Positions 1 to 20,406 of a stretch of 64,000 nucleotides of DNA are shown piece by piece. The notes below the pieces were generated by a model, which was not told the DNA's origin, ran no database searches, and saw only the letters and a list, made by a program, of their open reading frames with translations. The first letter of the stretch is position 1. Each line of letters opens with the position of its first letter. A program made the translations under genes and the position numbers. Origin of the DNA: the human T2T-CHM13v2.0 reference genome, Homo sapiens; NCBI RefSeq assembly GCF_009914755.1, contig NC_060937.1. One strand, 5' to 3'.

Positions 1-1185
1 TGTTAGAATTATACAGGAAGCATTATCAAATGTGAGGTAGTATTTAACTGTCTTTGGGTTATATTTATTTAGATATGTTGCTAATATGCATTCCAGGATT
101 CTATGACATTCCTGAAATTGATGTGTCTTAATATATGTTGTCAGTAGTAATTATGATTATGTTAAATTGTTGTATGCCACACAAGTAACCAAATATCCTT
201 ATCAACTGTGTCTTTATGACTGTCTTATGACTTTCAACATCCACAACTGATATATTGCTTTTAATCTCCTCAAAAAGTGACTTATAATCACCTATGGTCC
301 AGGGCTTTCTTCTTTGGAGGAGTTCATGAAAAGGATTCTTTAATGCAGGTTTCTAAAAACTTTGCAGTTTGTGCCCCTGGATTAGAGAGACCTTTCAGGA
401 CTCTAATTAAAGAGCTGATGTGTTTATAAAGATTGCTAACCCAATATGAAGCAGAGCAGGAGTTCATTGCATGGACTGAAATAATGAAGACTGAAATAAT
501 TTTTATGGCTTTTTTTGTTTGAAATATTGATGATTCTTTTGTTTGTTTTTTGTTTTTCAGAGTCTGGAGAATATGTTCCTTTTGAGCTATATATAGCCTT
601 GATATATACTTTAAGTGTATTGAGTAGAGGATACTTTAATAAGTAGAATTTGAGGCATATTTCTCTCTCTGCCTAATTTCTCCAGAATTTGGAAACTGTG
701 AATATTCTTAATTCATGGAAAATGTGTTTATTTGCATATATTTAATAAAAACCTGTTTTCTTTTGTAATGGGACACAGCCAGAGGAACTGGCTATTTTCC
801 TAGGACTTTGACTCAAATGACCTTGTGAAATGTTCCAGCAAAGCCAATTTGGAAGAATCTATGGGCAATGATTCTTGTCGCACTGTGTGTGGGTAATCAG
901 GCCAAGTATATGGGACTGAAGATTATTTTGCAGGTAGATTGGTAGAAGCTTATTTTGCAGGTAGATCCTGCTGTGATTTGTCTTTGGTGGAAGTGGTACA
1001 CCAGAGAGAGAAATATTATGTGTCAGAAGAAACTCTCTATTAGATGAAACTTTGATTCCTGGGTGGCTACATGGTCACCTATGGTATGGAGCTGCCTATG
1101 ACACCCTTCCTCAGCATGAAGCAGCCAGAAAGACCAATGACTGGATTCCTCATGATTGAGGAACTGATAAATAGAAAGGGAAGAC
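1..1185 (+). mobile_element. ERV1 (MER4-group) internal sequence, degraded
   Basis: AT-rich ERV-internal-like sequence ending in a polypurine tract (AAATAGAAAGGGAAGAC) directly before an LTR. Confidence 0.6.
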
Positions 1186-1604
1186 TGAAACTGACCCAAC
1201 AGTCCCATAGACTGTTCTTTTGGATAAACACAGAAATTGACCTTTCTGGTCTTAAAGCTTAAAACTTAGGAGTTTTTCCTCAGGAAGGGACCTTGGGACC
1301 TCTCAAAAAAATGTATCGAAGAACTGCAACTCACCAGATCACCACATCCAGACAATGAGACTCTTACCACGTATTCATCATGACTGCTTCCTTGCCCCTC
1401 CCTAGTTCTTGTTTTCTTACACATTGTTACGTTTCTTCCCTGCCATATAAACCCCTGGTTTTAGTCAGGGAGATAGATTTGAGACTGAGATCCTATCTCC
1501 TCAGCTGCAGCACCCAATTAAACCCTTCTTCTTTGGCAATACTTCTCAGTGATTGGCTTTCTGTGCAGCAGGACCTTGACCAAACCCCTGGTGTTTTGGT
1601 AACG
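1186..1604 (+). mobile_element. ERV1 3' LTR (LTR26-like; subfamily tentative)
   Basis: Starts TGAAACTGACCCAA after the polypurine tract, has a TATAAA box at ~1447, ends TTGGTAAC. Confidence 0.65.
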
Positions 1605-1711
1605 AAAGGAATAACTATATTGAAGCTAATAAAAACCATTTATGTAAATGTTGAATAAGAAAATTATAAACATAGAAAGTGGTAAAGCTAGAATGAACCT
1701 TGAAGAACTCA

Positions 1712-2213
<502 letters not shown>

Positions 2214-2399
2214 CTATCTTGGTACCTATTAATAAATATTGTTTTCCACAAAAAGAAGCCAGGGTCCTTTGGAGAAAAGGTGGATTGCCGAACTGTGACA
2301 AGGAAAACTGAAGATAATCCTGGAATATCTTGTTGCACAAAATGTAAAAGGCTTGCTCAAATAAAAATATGGGCATATCAAAAGGACAAAGGGAGGACT

Positions 2400-4480
<2,081 letters not shown>

Positions 4481-4895
4481 CTAAAAGAACAATGTCTCCA
4501 ACTTACTCTTAATGGTTCCAAATATATTTGTATTTTTATACACACAAATGCATGTGTACACAGACAGAAAGAGAGCAGAAAGAGAATAAAACACAGGGTG
4601 AAATGTAAACAACCGGCAATGTTGACTAAAGTGTATTTAGGAGTTCCTTATAGTATTTATTTCTGTATCAAAATTTAAAAGTAAGGGGAAAAAAGCACAC
4701 ATGGTACCATATTCATAGTAAGGAATGATTTAGTTCAGCAAAACATCACCCATTAAATTAAATTAATGCTGTTGAATAGGAAAAAAATTGGCAATTCTTA
4801 TCCTTTTACTTTCCATATAAATTGCATAAGGATCCACTCTTGGATGGTTCTTGGACAGTTTTTAGTTAATCCTTAGATAATTACATTTAAGTTAG

Positions 4896-4977
4896 ATAGG
4901 CTGGTGCAAAAGTAATTGCCGTTTTTAAAAAAAAAAAAAAAAAGGCAAAAACTGCAATTACTTTTGCACCAACCTAA
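4896..4977. mobile_element. MADE1 (Hsmar1-derived MITE) with A17 in the spacer
   Basis: Inverted arms TAGGCTGGTGCAAAAGTAATTGC ... GCAATTACTTTTGCACCAACCTA. Confidence 0.92.
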
Positions 4978-5136
4978 ATATTAAGAAACTGACCCCTTTG
5001 ATAATGAGTATTCCTCACAATTCCTACATTCCTTGCAGTTGTTCAGTTTGAAATATTTTCTCATTTCCATTATTATTTCTTCATTAATTCAGAAATTATT
5101 TTAAAGTATTTTCTTTAAATAAAAAAAAAAAAAATA

Positions 5137-5428
5137 GGCTGGGTGTGATGGCTCACACCTTTAATCCCAGCACTTCAGGAGCTGAGGTAAGAGGATGGCT
5201 TGAGTACATGAGTTGGATGAGCCTAGGCAACATATTGAGGGCCCGTCTCTACAAAAAATTTTAAAAAGAATTAGCCAGGCATGGTGGTGGCATGGGCCTG
5301 TAGTCCCAGCTACTCAAGAGGCTGAAGAGGGAGGATCGCTTGAGCCCAGAAGTTTAAGGCTGCAGTGAGCTGTGATTGTGTCAGCGTACTCCAGCCTGGG
5401 CAACAAAGCAAAACCGTGTCTCAAAAAA
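5137..5428 (+). mobile_element. AluJ
   Basis: Diverged dimer with GAGGATCGCTTGAGCCCAG. Confidence 0.9.
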
Positions 5429-5961
5429 TTTAAAATTATAATATTTTATATTAATTTCCAATGTTATTGCTTTGTGTTTACAGATCATTATCTGTGTTAT
5501 AAATTCTTGGATATCTGCTGAAACTTTTTAATTTGTGACTCAGTATTAAGGTTTTTTAAATCAGTATTTGGATTAAAAAAGTGTTTTTCTAAATGTTGGG
5601 TAGCCCATTAAATTTTTAAAAAGTTGGGGGAAGAGGGGCATAAGGAACATCTAGTGAAGGCAATTTAATCTAATTTTAGTTTTACTAGAAAGCTTAAAAA
5701 AAGAAAATAAAGTTCTCACTGCAGAACCTTTACTTTAGCATTACTAAAAGTAGAATAAGATACTCTAAAAAACTAAAAGTAAAGCTAAAGTAAAATATTA
5801 ATTGATTAAAGACTTAAAAGTAAAAATGAAACAATTTAAAAAATAGAACATCTCTAACTAAACTGACCCAAAAGAAAAAAACAGAACACATTGAGGATGA
5901 ATATTTACTGATCTTAAGATGGAGAATAAAAAAATCTCTCAGCATAAAAGTAATGGAACTC

Positions 5962-6267
5962 GGCTGGGCGCAGTGACTCACGCCTGTAATCCCAGCACTT
6001 TGGGAGGCAGGGGCAGGCAGATTACCTAAGGTCAGGAGGTCAAGACCAGCGTGGCCAACATGGTGAAACCTCATCTCTACTAAAAACACAAAAAAATTAT
6101 CCAGGCGCGGTGGTGCATGCCTGTAGTCCAAGCTACTTGGGAGGCTGAGGCAGAAGAATTACTTGAACCCAAGAGGTGGAGATGGCAGTGAACCCAGATC
6201 ACGCCATTGCACTCCAGTGTGGGCGACAAAGCAAAGCAAGACTCAGTCTCAAAAAAAAAAAAAAAAA
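5962..6267 (+). mobile_element. Alu (S-type)
   Basis: Full dimer. TSD AAAAGTAATG. Confidence 0.95.
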
Positions 6268-6548
6268 GTAATGAGATTTGAGTACATGCAAAAACAAAAA
6301 TATTTCCCCAAAAATCAAATAACATTAAACAATAAAGGACAATCTCAGAAAAAGATTCACACCAAATGTCAGAAAAAAGATTGACATCCCTAATATATAA
6401 AGACCCCATATACATAAAGAGTTCCCCAGGATATGTTATTAAGTGAATAAAGAAAGATGCAAAATGTATATAGTATGCAATCTATATATCCAGATAGCTA
6501 ATTCCATAAAATTACAGCTCAATCACCACCACACTGCATACACTAACC

Positions 6549-6746
6549 CAGCACTGCCCAATAAAACCTTCTGCAATGATGGGAATGTTCTGTGTGTGTG
6601 CTCTTTTAATATGGTAACCACATTTGGCTATTGAGTATTTGAACCATGACTAGTGCAACTGAGTAAATGAATTTTTAAATCTTATGTAACTTTAATTAAT
6701 TTTAATAACTACGTGTGGCTGATAGTCACTGTATTGGACAGTACAG
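6549..6746 (+). mobile_element. MER3 (hAT-Charlie MITE)
   Basis: CAGCACTGCCCAATA...TATTGGACAGTACAG terminal inverted repeats plus internal consensus motifs. Confidence 0.8.
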
Positions 6747-6975
6747 TTCCGACCCCTCTGTGCACGTCTCTATAAGGTGTTTGTTTTATTTTTTGTTTGT
6801 TTGTTTAATGGGTCTAATAGTGTTTTGTTTTAATGGGTTTAATATTTGTTCATATTCATTCTATCTGATTTTTTTTTAAAAAGCTTCTACATAGGTAGAA
6901 GTTTAACTACTTTAACTTCTATGATTTAACTTCCTTAGGGAAGCATATTAGAGAAATAAATGCATAATCATGTTA

Positions 6976-7140
<165 letters not shown>

Positions 7141-7490
7141 TCAATATGTCTTTTTATTATAGGTAGTTTGCATATGTCTAATCAACATTACTATAAATAA
7201 AAAGCCTTGTAGTTTATCACTTAAATGATAAACATGAGTCATTTATAGTCAAACATTACTGAAATAGCAGCTACCATTACTAAATGGTTAAACAAAACTT
7301 TTTATTCAAAATCTTCAAAAGATAGATATTATGCCCATTTTATAGATAAGAAAGAGATTCAGAGAGATCAAGTAACTTGCCATTCATTGGCCTAGATTCC
7401 AGTTCCATAGTGTCCATACTGCCTAAGCTTTACTGCCAACCTAAGCTGAAAGAAGAGGTTTATATTTTATTAAAACTATATATAAAATGT

Positions 7491-7622
7491 GAGCCGGGCA
7501 CAGTGGCTCACACCTGTAATGCCTGCAATTTGAAAGACTGAGGGGCCAGATCACTTGAGGCCAGGAGTTACGGACCAGCCTGGCCACCACAGTGAAACCC
7601 CATCTCTACTAAAAATATAAAA
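7491..7622 (+). mobile_element. Alu left arm only
   Basis: Ends at the middle A-rich linker. Confidence 0.85.
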
Positions 7623-8139
7623 TGTGGACTGACAACCCTTATGGTCCAAAGAAAAGCCAAAATATTAGAAGACCCTATTTTACCTTTTGTATAATTTATA
7701 GAGTGTCTACCAAGCAATAAGAATACATGTCATACAGTCAAATGAGTGTTATCCCATTTATTCAAAAATCTACCAAGCACCTATTACATTCCAGGCACTG
7801 TGCTAGGCCCAAAAGATAAAGATGTTTAACTTTATAATAAAAGAGTTTACAGTCTTGAGGGATTCCCAAATAGAGATACCCACAGAGCTTTTAAACAATA
7901 CAATATCAAGGTCCCAACTCAGAAGTTCTGGTTGACAAGTTTTTTACTGGATCAAGCATCTATCATGTTTCAAGTTCCATGAGCAATTCTGAACCACTGG
8001 TACAGAGGATACATGTCTATGTGTTTATTCTAACAGTGCTGCCACTGCTCAGGAACCCTATAGAGAATTCATTCCTCTTTTTCAGTTGCTATCTAAGGTT
8101 GTAACACATTCTTTTGATTTTCAATAACAAAAAATCTTA

Positions 8140-8556
<417 letters not shown>

Positions 8557-8978
8557 TCAAATAAAGAATAATATGAAAGTACCATTTTATTATGAAAGTT
8601 TTTCACTATGTCACAACTCACCTAAAAAAACAAAAACTAAAACCAAATGTTTAGGCTTAAACATTTGAAAACTACAAAGTAATTCTGATCAATCCATTAT
8701 GACATCAATTTTCTAATGCTAGGCTCTATTTCCACTCATCACCATCATGCAAAATGCTATAATCTTAGATTATTCCTCCATGTATTCTTGTAAATCAAGT
8801 ATTTTCTTCCTCATCTAAATTTCACTCTCCAGTCATCATCTTCACGTAACTACCTAATAAATCAAATCCATGCCTTTTAAACATTTATATCATTCATTTG
8901 CCAAAATCAATTTGCTTTATTCTCCATCAGAAACATTTATCTCCTTAAAACTTTGTGCCGGTCAAAATTCTTGCACTT

Positions 8979-9471
<493 letters not shown>

Positions 9472-9529
9472 AAGAAATGTTTAACTTCAAAGTCCAATAT
9501 TCAAATTCTTCTTTTAAGGTGAGTCATTA

Positions 9530-9838
9530 GGCCAGGCGCGGCGGCTCACACCTGTAATCCCAGCACTTTGGGAGGCCCAGGCAGGCAGATCACTTGAGGT
9601 CAGGAGTTCTGGAGCAGCCTGCCAATATGGTGAAACCCTGTCTCTACTAAAAATACCAATGAAAAGTTAGCTGGGCATGGTGGTGCATGCCTGTAATCCT
9701 AGCTACTTGGGAGGCTGAGGTGGGAGGATTGCTTGAACCCAGGAGGCGGAGGTTGCAGTGAGCCAAGATTGCGCCACTGCACACTCCACCCTGGGCGACA
9801 GAGCAAGAATCTCCATCTCAAAAACAAACAAACGAAAA
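9530..9838 (+). mobile_element. Alu (S-type)
   Basis: Full dimer. TSD AAGrTGAGTCA. Confidence 0.95.
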
Positions 9839-10366
9839 GATGAGTCACTTATTTTTATATCCAAAGCAAACAATTTAATTCGATAGCAGCATTACAAATA
9901 TTACCAAGCAACTCTCACAGGCCTTAATATTAAACTCAATGGGGGCTTTTTTTTAGTGGGGGGAAGAATGGAGGGGAAGCAGCACACAAGGACAATAGAG
10001 AAAACCAGTAAAACTGTAGGCAAAATTTTATTGTGAACACATACAAATTGAAAGAATTGAAAGAAGGACCACAGCGTTCATCGAATTCTTAAAATCATTC
10101 ATAAACCACAGCTCTATTATGGAGATATATAAGACAGTGTCCCATCCATTCTACACAATTTACAGAAAATAAAGGGGACACAGGAATATTTTAAATGTTT
10201 AACCACTTAAACCATGGAGATATAAAATCCAGACTACGAAAAACAATGAATAATAATCACCTCAGTTTCTTCAACAACTGAACTGAAAGAAAAAAGATGA
10301 CAGCAAAAAAGAGAAACCTGTAAGTTATAAAAGACCTATGAGACTTATCAGTCAACAACAATGAAG

Positions 10367-10670
<304 letters not shown>

Positions 10671-10772
10671 TAACAATGAAGAACCGTATTTGGATGCTGA
10701 CTCAAACAAATTGTAAATGAAAAATTGATTTGAAACAACTAGAGAAATTTGAATGACTAAGTGATGATACTA

Positions 10773-11100
<328 letters not shown>

Positions 11101-11127
11101 GAAATTATTGTTAATTTTACTAGATAG

Positions 11128-11449
<322 letters not shown>

Positions 11450-11627
11450 AGTGACTCTTTTAAAAGAATCCACATTGAAATATTTATAGAGATATGAAAA
11501 AATTGTAAATAATTCCAAAATGAGCTATTTCAAACAAGTTATTAACTTTCCTGACACTCAAAATGTTTAAATAAGTTTTGACAATTACTTCAGTTGTACG
11601 GTTATCTTTAAGTATCATAATTCTCTA

Positions 11628-11831
<204 letters not shown>

Positions 11832-12062
11832 TTAGACTCATCAATGAAACTTTAAAACCTACCCGTGCATAATATCAGATGTAAGCATCTATTACTCTCT
11901 ACCCACATTTTAAAATTTTCTTGAGAACTTATCCTCACATCTCCAGCACAGTGCCCTCTTATAAATATTCAATTAAAGCAATGGATAAAAAAGTAAAAAA
12001 AGAAGAAAATAATGGCTTGCCTGCAAGGAAAATAGATTTAAAATATACACAAAAACTTATAC

Positions 12063-12503
12063 CACAATAGCAACAACTTGGAACCAACCCAAATGCCCAT
12101 CAATGATACACTGGATAAAGAAAATGCGGCACATATACCATGGAATACTATGCAGCCATAAAAAAAGAATGTGTTCATGTCCTTTGCAGGGACATGGATG
12201 AAGCTGGAAACTATCATTCTCAACAAACTAACACAGGAACAGAAAACCAAACATCACATGTTCTCACTCATAAGTGGGAACTGAACAATGAGAACACATG
12301 GACACAGGGAGGGGAACATCACATACCAGGGCCTGTCAGGGGGTTGGGGCAAGGGGAGGGATAGCATTAGGAGAAATACTTAATGTAGATGACAGGTTGA
12401 TGGGTGCAGCAAACCACCATGGCACATGTACAACTATGTAACAAACCTGCACTTTCTGCACATGTATCCCAGAACTTAAAGTATAATTAAAAAAAAAAGA
12501 AAA
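12063..12503 (+). mobile_element. L1PA (PA7-like) 3' end, 5'-truncated
   Basis: ORF2 C-terminus plus 3'UTR (...CAGAACTTAAAGTATAAT) and A tail. TSD ~AAAAACTTA. Confidence 0.9.
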
Positions 12504-12702
12504 AAAACTTAACACCAAATATGTAAACATATGTATGTGAAATATAACCTATGCATTTTTCATAAAAACTGAGGGGACATTAAAAGTATTGCTTAAAGCA
12601 TAAACACTAGAAAATCCTGAAAACAGATATTTGAAAGAAAAAGCCTAAGAAAAGGGAAAGTCTAAGCTCTAGCCCTACTGCAAGACAATAAAAAAGAAAG
12701 CT

Positions 12703-13012
12703 GGCCAGGCACAGTGGCTCACACCTGTAATCACAGCACTTCGGGACGCCAAGGCAGAAGGACTACTTGAGTTCAGGAGTCAAGACCAGCCTGGGCAACA
12801 TAGTAAGACTCCATTTCTACAAAAAATACAAATAAATTAGCCAGGCATGGTGGCATGCCCCTTTAGTCCCAGCTACACAGCAGGCTGAAATGGGACGATG
12901 GCTTGAGACTGAGAGATCAAGGCTGCAGTCAGCTGTGATCACACCATGGCACTCCAGCATGGGGACAGAGAAAGACCCTGTCTCAAAAAAAAAGTAAAAT
13001 ACAATAAATAAA
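12703..13012 (+). mobile_element. AluJ
   Basis: Diverged dimer. TSD ~AGAAAGCT. Confidence 0.9.
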
Positions 13013-13546
13013 AGAGAAAGCTAACTAGTTTGAAAGAATAGCTCTGGCTATTGTCATGAACAATATGAGAAGGTAAGGTATCAATACTAACAATTATTAA
13101 CCTTTAAGGCCTTGAAAATCAATCAAGAAAAAATCATAAATTATCTAATAGATCTACTAATTTATGCATTAAACTAGAAATAATGTTAACATGAAAAAAA
13201 GAGAAATAGTAAAACTGCATTTAAAGATTGTTTACTGACAGGAAACTACTGATCTGTAGTGGGTAATGTAGTGTATGTGTACATGTAGTGTTACGTATGA
13301 AAAAAATGATACAAAGCCCTAGGTCGTTTTCTCAATTGTATTATTTTTTAACATAAAGTGCGTTTCAAGTGCTCCATATTGACAGAAACAATAAAAGAGT
13401 GGGAAATAAAACATTAAAAGACTTTTGTTATTTTAAATGCAACTATTTTCCAAATAAAATTTTTTTACAATGAACATACTACTCTTACATCCAGAAAAAA
13501 AAACAGGCATGACAACTTTTTTTTTTAATCAAAAGACTAATTCCAC

Positions 13547-13847
13547 TTTTCTTTCTTTCTTTTCTTTTTTTTTTTTATATGGAGTGTCGTTCTGTCACCC
13601 AGGCTGGAGTGAAATGATGCGATCTCAGCTCACTGCAACCTCCGCCCCCCAGGTTCAAGGGATTCTCCTGTCTCAGCCTCCCAAGTAGTTGGGATTACAC
13701 GCATGCACCACCATGCCCAGCTAATTTTTGTATTTTTAGTAGAGACAGGGTTTTACCATCTTGGCCAAGCTGGTCTCGAACTCCTGACCTTAGGTGATTC
13801 ACCTCCCAAAGTGCTGGGATTATAGGCATGACCCACCATGCCCAGCC
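13547..13847 (-). mobile_element. Alu (S-type)
   Basis: Reverse dimer with a small internal deletion. TSD CTAATTCCACTTTTCT. Confidence 0.95.
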
Positions 13848-14086
13848 TAATTCCACTTTTCTATCCTAGCACTTAGTGTTTTAGTAACATACTCATTTAA
13901 AGTATAAATTAAAGGAATAGGATTGCATTCATTACTGTTTAGAGAACGAAACAGTCCTTCAAATACTTAAAATAAGGCAATAACAAAAATTAAAAAGAAG
14001 AAGAATCTATCACTTTTTTAAGAGTGTTAAACTTTTATTTAGGAAAAAAATGATTTTGTACCATGTATTCGATTTCTGTATACATT

Positions 14087-14558
14087 TGTAACAAGGAATT
14101 CAGATGACTTTTGTCCCCAGGGTCTTGGAAGTAACTTCTAAACCCTCCAACCACATCTGATAGTTGATGCTACCAAGGAGCCTCATGGTGGGCCCCTAGA
14201 CAGTTTACACTAAGGAGATGACTCAGGTGGGCAATGGCCATGCCAGAAAGATTGACAATGTGATTAGAGGTTTGGGGCTTTCAGTCAAATTGTATCAACC
14301 CACTCTGCATAGAAGAAATGGGCTAAGTCAACTGCACAGACAATGATTCAATCAGTGATACCCAGGCTGGGTGTGGTGGCTCACATCTGTAATCCTAGCA
14401 CTTTGGGAAGCCAACGCAGGAGGACTGCTTGAGTCCGGGAGTTCGAGACCAGCCTGGGCAACATAGTGAGAACCTGTCTCTACAAAAATTTAAAATTAAA
14501 AAAAAATTTTTGTTTAATGCCTACACCATAGAACCCCAATGAAAACTCTGGACACCAA
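14087..14558 (+). mobile_element. MER21-like LTR, 5' part (contains an Alu monomer at 14365-14505)
   Basis: MER21-type motifs (GGCCATGCCAGAAAGA..TGTGATTAGAGG). Continues at ~21122. Confidence 0.65.
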
Positions 14559-15070
14559 GGTCAGCAAGATGACAAAATAGGAAGCCCAAGACCTTGCTCC
14601 CTGACAAAAACACTGACTTTAGCAACAATATATGATCCAAAAACCTTTTATGACAATGACAGTAACCAATTAGGAAGTCACAGTACCCCAGGTAAGCTCA
14701 AAGCCAAGAACATCTGCAATGAAATCAGTAAGAAAAGCCATTTCATTTTATCCACATCAGCATCCTTCCCCCCACCACTCCAAACTAACATAGTTTGGGA
14801 TTAAGAAGCTTCTCCATTGGGAGAGAAAGAGAAGAGTAGAACACATGTTCAACATTCCAGCTTCTTGGAGGGCTGTCCAAGGGACTGTTTCCTGTCTCAA
14901 CTGATATGGGTGCTGATGGGGAACCAGCATACTCTGGATGCCTGTGGGGCATCGAGAACAAAGGAGAGTACACAGGCTCATGGCAGTACCAGAAAATGTG
15001 TAACATCCCAGAGGGAAGTTGACACAGCTTGCTACAACTAAGAAAACACACCCAGCTCCTGATTTTTTAA

Positions 15071-15298
15071 CAGGTTGAGTACTCCTCATCTGAAATGCTT
15101 AGGACCAGAAGATTTTGGATTTCTTTGAATTTTGAAATATTTGCATTATACTTACCATTGGAGAATCCCAAATCTAAAAATCTGAATTCCAAAATGCTCC
15201 AATGAGCATTTCCTTTAAGTGTCATGTCAGTGCTCAAAAAGCTTAGGATTTTATAGCATTTTGGATTTCAGAATTTCAGATTTGGGATGCTCAACCTA
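15071..15298 (+). mobile_element. Tigger4a/Zombi-type MITE
   Basis: Terminal inverted repeats CAGGTTGAG...CTCAACCT, internal AAATGCTCCAATGAGCATTT. Confidence 0.85.
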
Positions 15299-16232
15299 TA
15301 TTTATACCACAAGAAACTAGAAAAAGAATAACTAAACCCAAAGTTGGCAAAAGGAAGAAAATCATAAAGATTAGAGCAGAAATAAAAGAAACAAGGAACA
15401 GAAAAAAAAAAAATCAACAAAACTGCATATTGGCTCATTGAAAAAGTGAATAAAATTGACAACCCTTTAACTATAAAAAAATAGAAAAGACTGAAATAAC
15501 AAAAATCAGAAGTGAAAGGAGACATTACAGCTGTCACAGAAAGAGTCTGAGACTGCTATGAAAAATTATGTATCAACAAATTGAATAACCTAGAAGACAT
15601 TGATAACTTGCTAGAAACAATCTTCAAAATCATAAAGAAATAAAAAATATGAACAGCTCTATAACTAGTAATGATACTGAATCAGTAATCAAAAACTTCT
15701 AAGCAACAGGAAGCCCGGGACCAAATGGCTTCACTGGAAAATTCTATCAAACATTTAAAGAACTGAACCAATCTTTCCCAAGCTCTTTTCAAAAAATTGA
15801 AAAGGATGGAAAATTTCCATACTCACTCTATGAAGCCAGCATTACCATGATACCAAAATCAGAAGGTATTAAAAGAAAACTACAAGCTAATAGCTCTGAA
15901 AAAATAATGATGAAAAAAAAAATTCAAAAAATACTAGCAAACTGAATTCAACAACACATTAAAGGGACTTTACATCATGATCAAGTGGGACTTAACTCCT
16001 AGAATACAAGGATGGTTCAACATACAAAAATTCAGTGTAATACATGCTATTAACAGAATGAAGAACAAAAACCACAATAATCTCAATTGATACATAAAAG
16101 GCATTTAACAAAATTGAATACCCTTTCACGATAAAAATACTCAACAAAGACTGAAGGAAACAACCTCAATATAATAAAGGCCATATAAGAAAACTCATAG
16201 CCAACATCATACACAATAATGAGAAACTGAAA

Positions 16233-18052
<1,820 letters not shown>

Positions 18053-18535
18053 AAGAAAACTTACAGCCAACATCATACACAAAAATGAGAAGCTGAAAGC
18101 TTTTCCTCTAACATCAGAAACAAAGCAAGGATGCCCACTCTTGCCGCTTCTATTCAACACAGCACTAGATGTCCTAGACACAGAAAACAGGTAAGAAAAA
18201 TAAAAAGCATCCAAAGAGAAAAGGAAAGGTAAAATTCTGTGTTTGCAGATGAGATGTTGTCATATGTAGAAATCCCTAAAGATTCTGCACACACACAAAA
18301 AAAACTCTTAGAATAAATCAGTTCAGCAAAGTTGCAGAATACAAAATCAACAAACAAAAATAAGTTGCCTTTTAATACAGTAACAGTGAACAATGTGAAA
18401 AGGAAATTATGGAAATAATTCCAGTTAAAATCAAAGAGAATAAAATACTTAAGGATAGCCTAATCGAGGAGGCATAAGACTTATGAACCAAAAACTACAA
18501 AACACTGCTGAAGGGAATTAAAGAAGACACAAACA

Positions 18536-18922
<387 letters not shown>

Positions 18923-19933
18923 CTAAGCAATCTACAGATTCAATGTAATCTCTATCAAAATCCCAATGGCTTTTTTTTATAAAAATAGAAAAATACACTA
19001 AAATGCATACATAATCTCAAAGGACCCAGAACAGTCAAAACAATCTCGAGAAAAAAAAAGAAACTAGAGGCCTCACACTTCTTTTAAAATATATTACAAG
19101 GTTACAGTTATCAAAACAGCATGATAATGCATAAAAAAACAGACATATAGACCAATGGAATAGAACAGAAAACCCAGAAATAATCCCTAAGGTATATGAT
19201 TAAATGATCTTCAACAATGGTGCGAAAGCTACACAAGAGGGCAAAAAGAACAGTCTCTTCAACAAACGGTGCTAGAAAAATTGGATATCCACATGCAAAA
19301 GAATGAAGTTAGACCCTTACCAATACTACTATATGCAAAAATTTACTCAAAATAGATTAAAGACCTAAACATAAAACCTGAAACTATAAAACTCATAGAA
19401 GAAAACAGGGAGAAAAAAGTTTATGACATTGGATTTAGCAATGATTTCTTAAACATGATACCAAAGGCACAGGCAGAAAAAAAGCAAAAATTGACAAATG
19501 GAACTCTATCAAACTTAAAAACTTCACAGCAAAGGAAATAATCAACAAAGTAAAAAGGCAATCTACAAAATGAGAGAAAATATTTGCAATCCATATATCT
19601 AGTTAAAAGCTGAAATTCGGAATATGTAAGATCTTCTACAACTCAATAACCAAAAAAGTAAAAAATAAAAAACCCAAACAAAAAAATTTAAAGATGGGCA
19701 AAGGACTTAAATAGACATTTCTCCAAAGCAGATCTGCAAATGGCCTGTAAGCATATGAAAAGATACTCAGTATCACTAATAACGGGGGAAATGCAAATAA
19801 AAACCACAGTGAAATATAATCTCACACCCTTTAGGATGGCCACTACCAAAAAAACAGAAAATGAATATTGGCGAGGATGCAGAAAAACTGGAAGCTTTGT
19901 CTGCTGTTAGTTGGAATATAAAATGGTACGGCT

Positions 19934-20406
19934 CAGCTAGGTGCAGTGGGCTCATGCCTGTATTCCCAGCACTTTGGGAGGCCAAAGCAGGCAGAACACC
20001 TGAAGTCAGGAGTTCAAGACCAGCTGGCCAACATAGTGAAACCCTGTCTCTACTAAAAATACAAAAACTAGCCGGGCATGGTGGTGCACGCCTGTAGTCC
20101 CAGCTACTCAGAAGGCTGAGGCAGAAGAATCACTTGAACCCAGGAGGCGGAGGCTGTGAGCCGAGATCGCACCACTGCACTCCAGCCTGGGCAACAGAAC
20201 GAGACTCCGTCTCAAAAAAATACAAAAATAAAAAAATTAGCAGGGTGTGGTGGTGGGTGCCTGTAATTCCAGCTACTCAGGAGGCTGAGGGAGAAGAATC
20301 ACTTGATCCCGGGAGACTGGGGTTGCAGTGAGCCGAGACTGCACTACTGCACTCCAGCCTGGGAGACATAGCGAGACTCTGTCTCAAAAAAATAATTAAT
20401 TAAATA
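19934..20406 (+). mobile_element. Alu with an extra right arm (trimer)
   Basis: Left-right-right structure inside one TSD AAAyGGTACrGCT. Confidence 0.9.
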
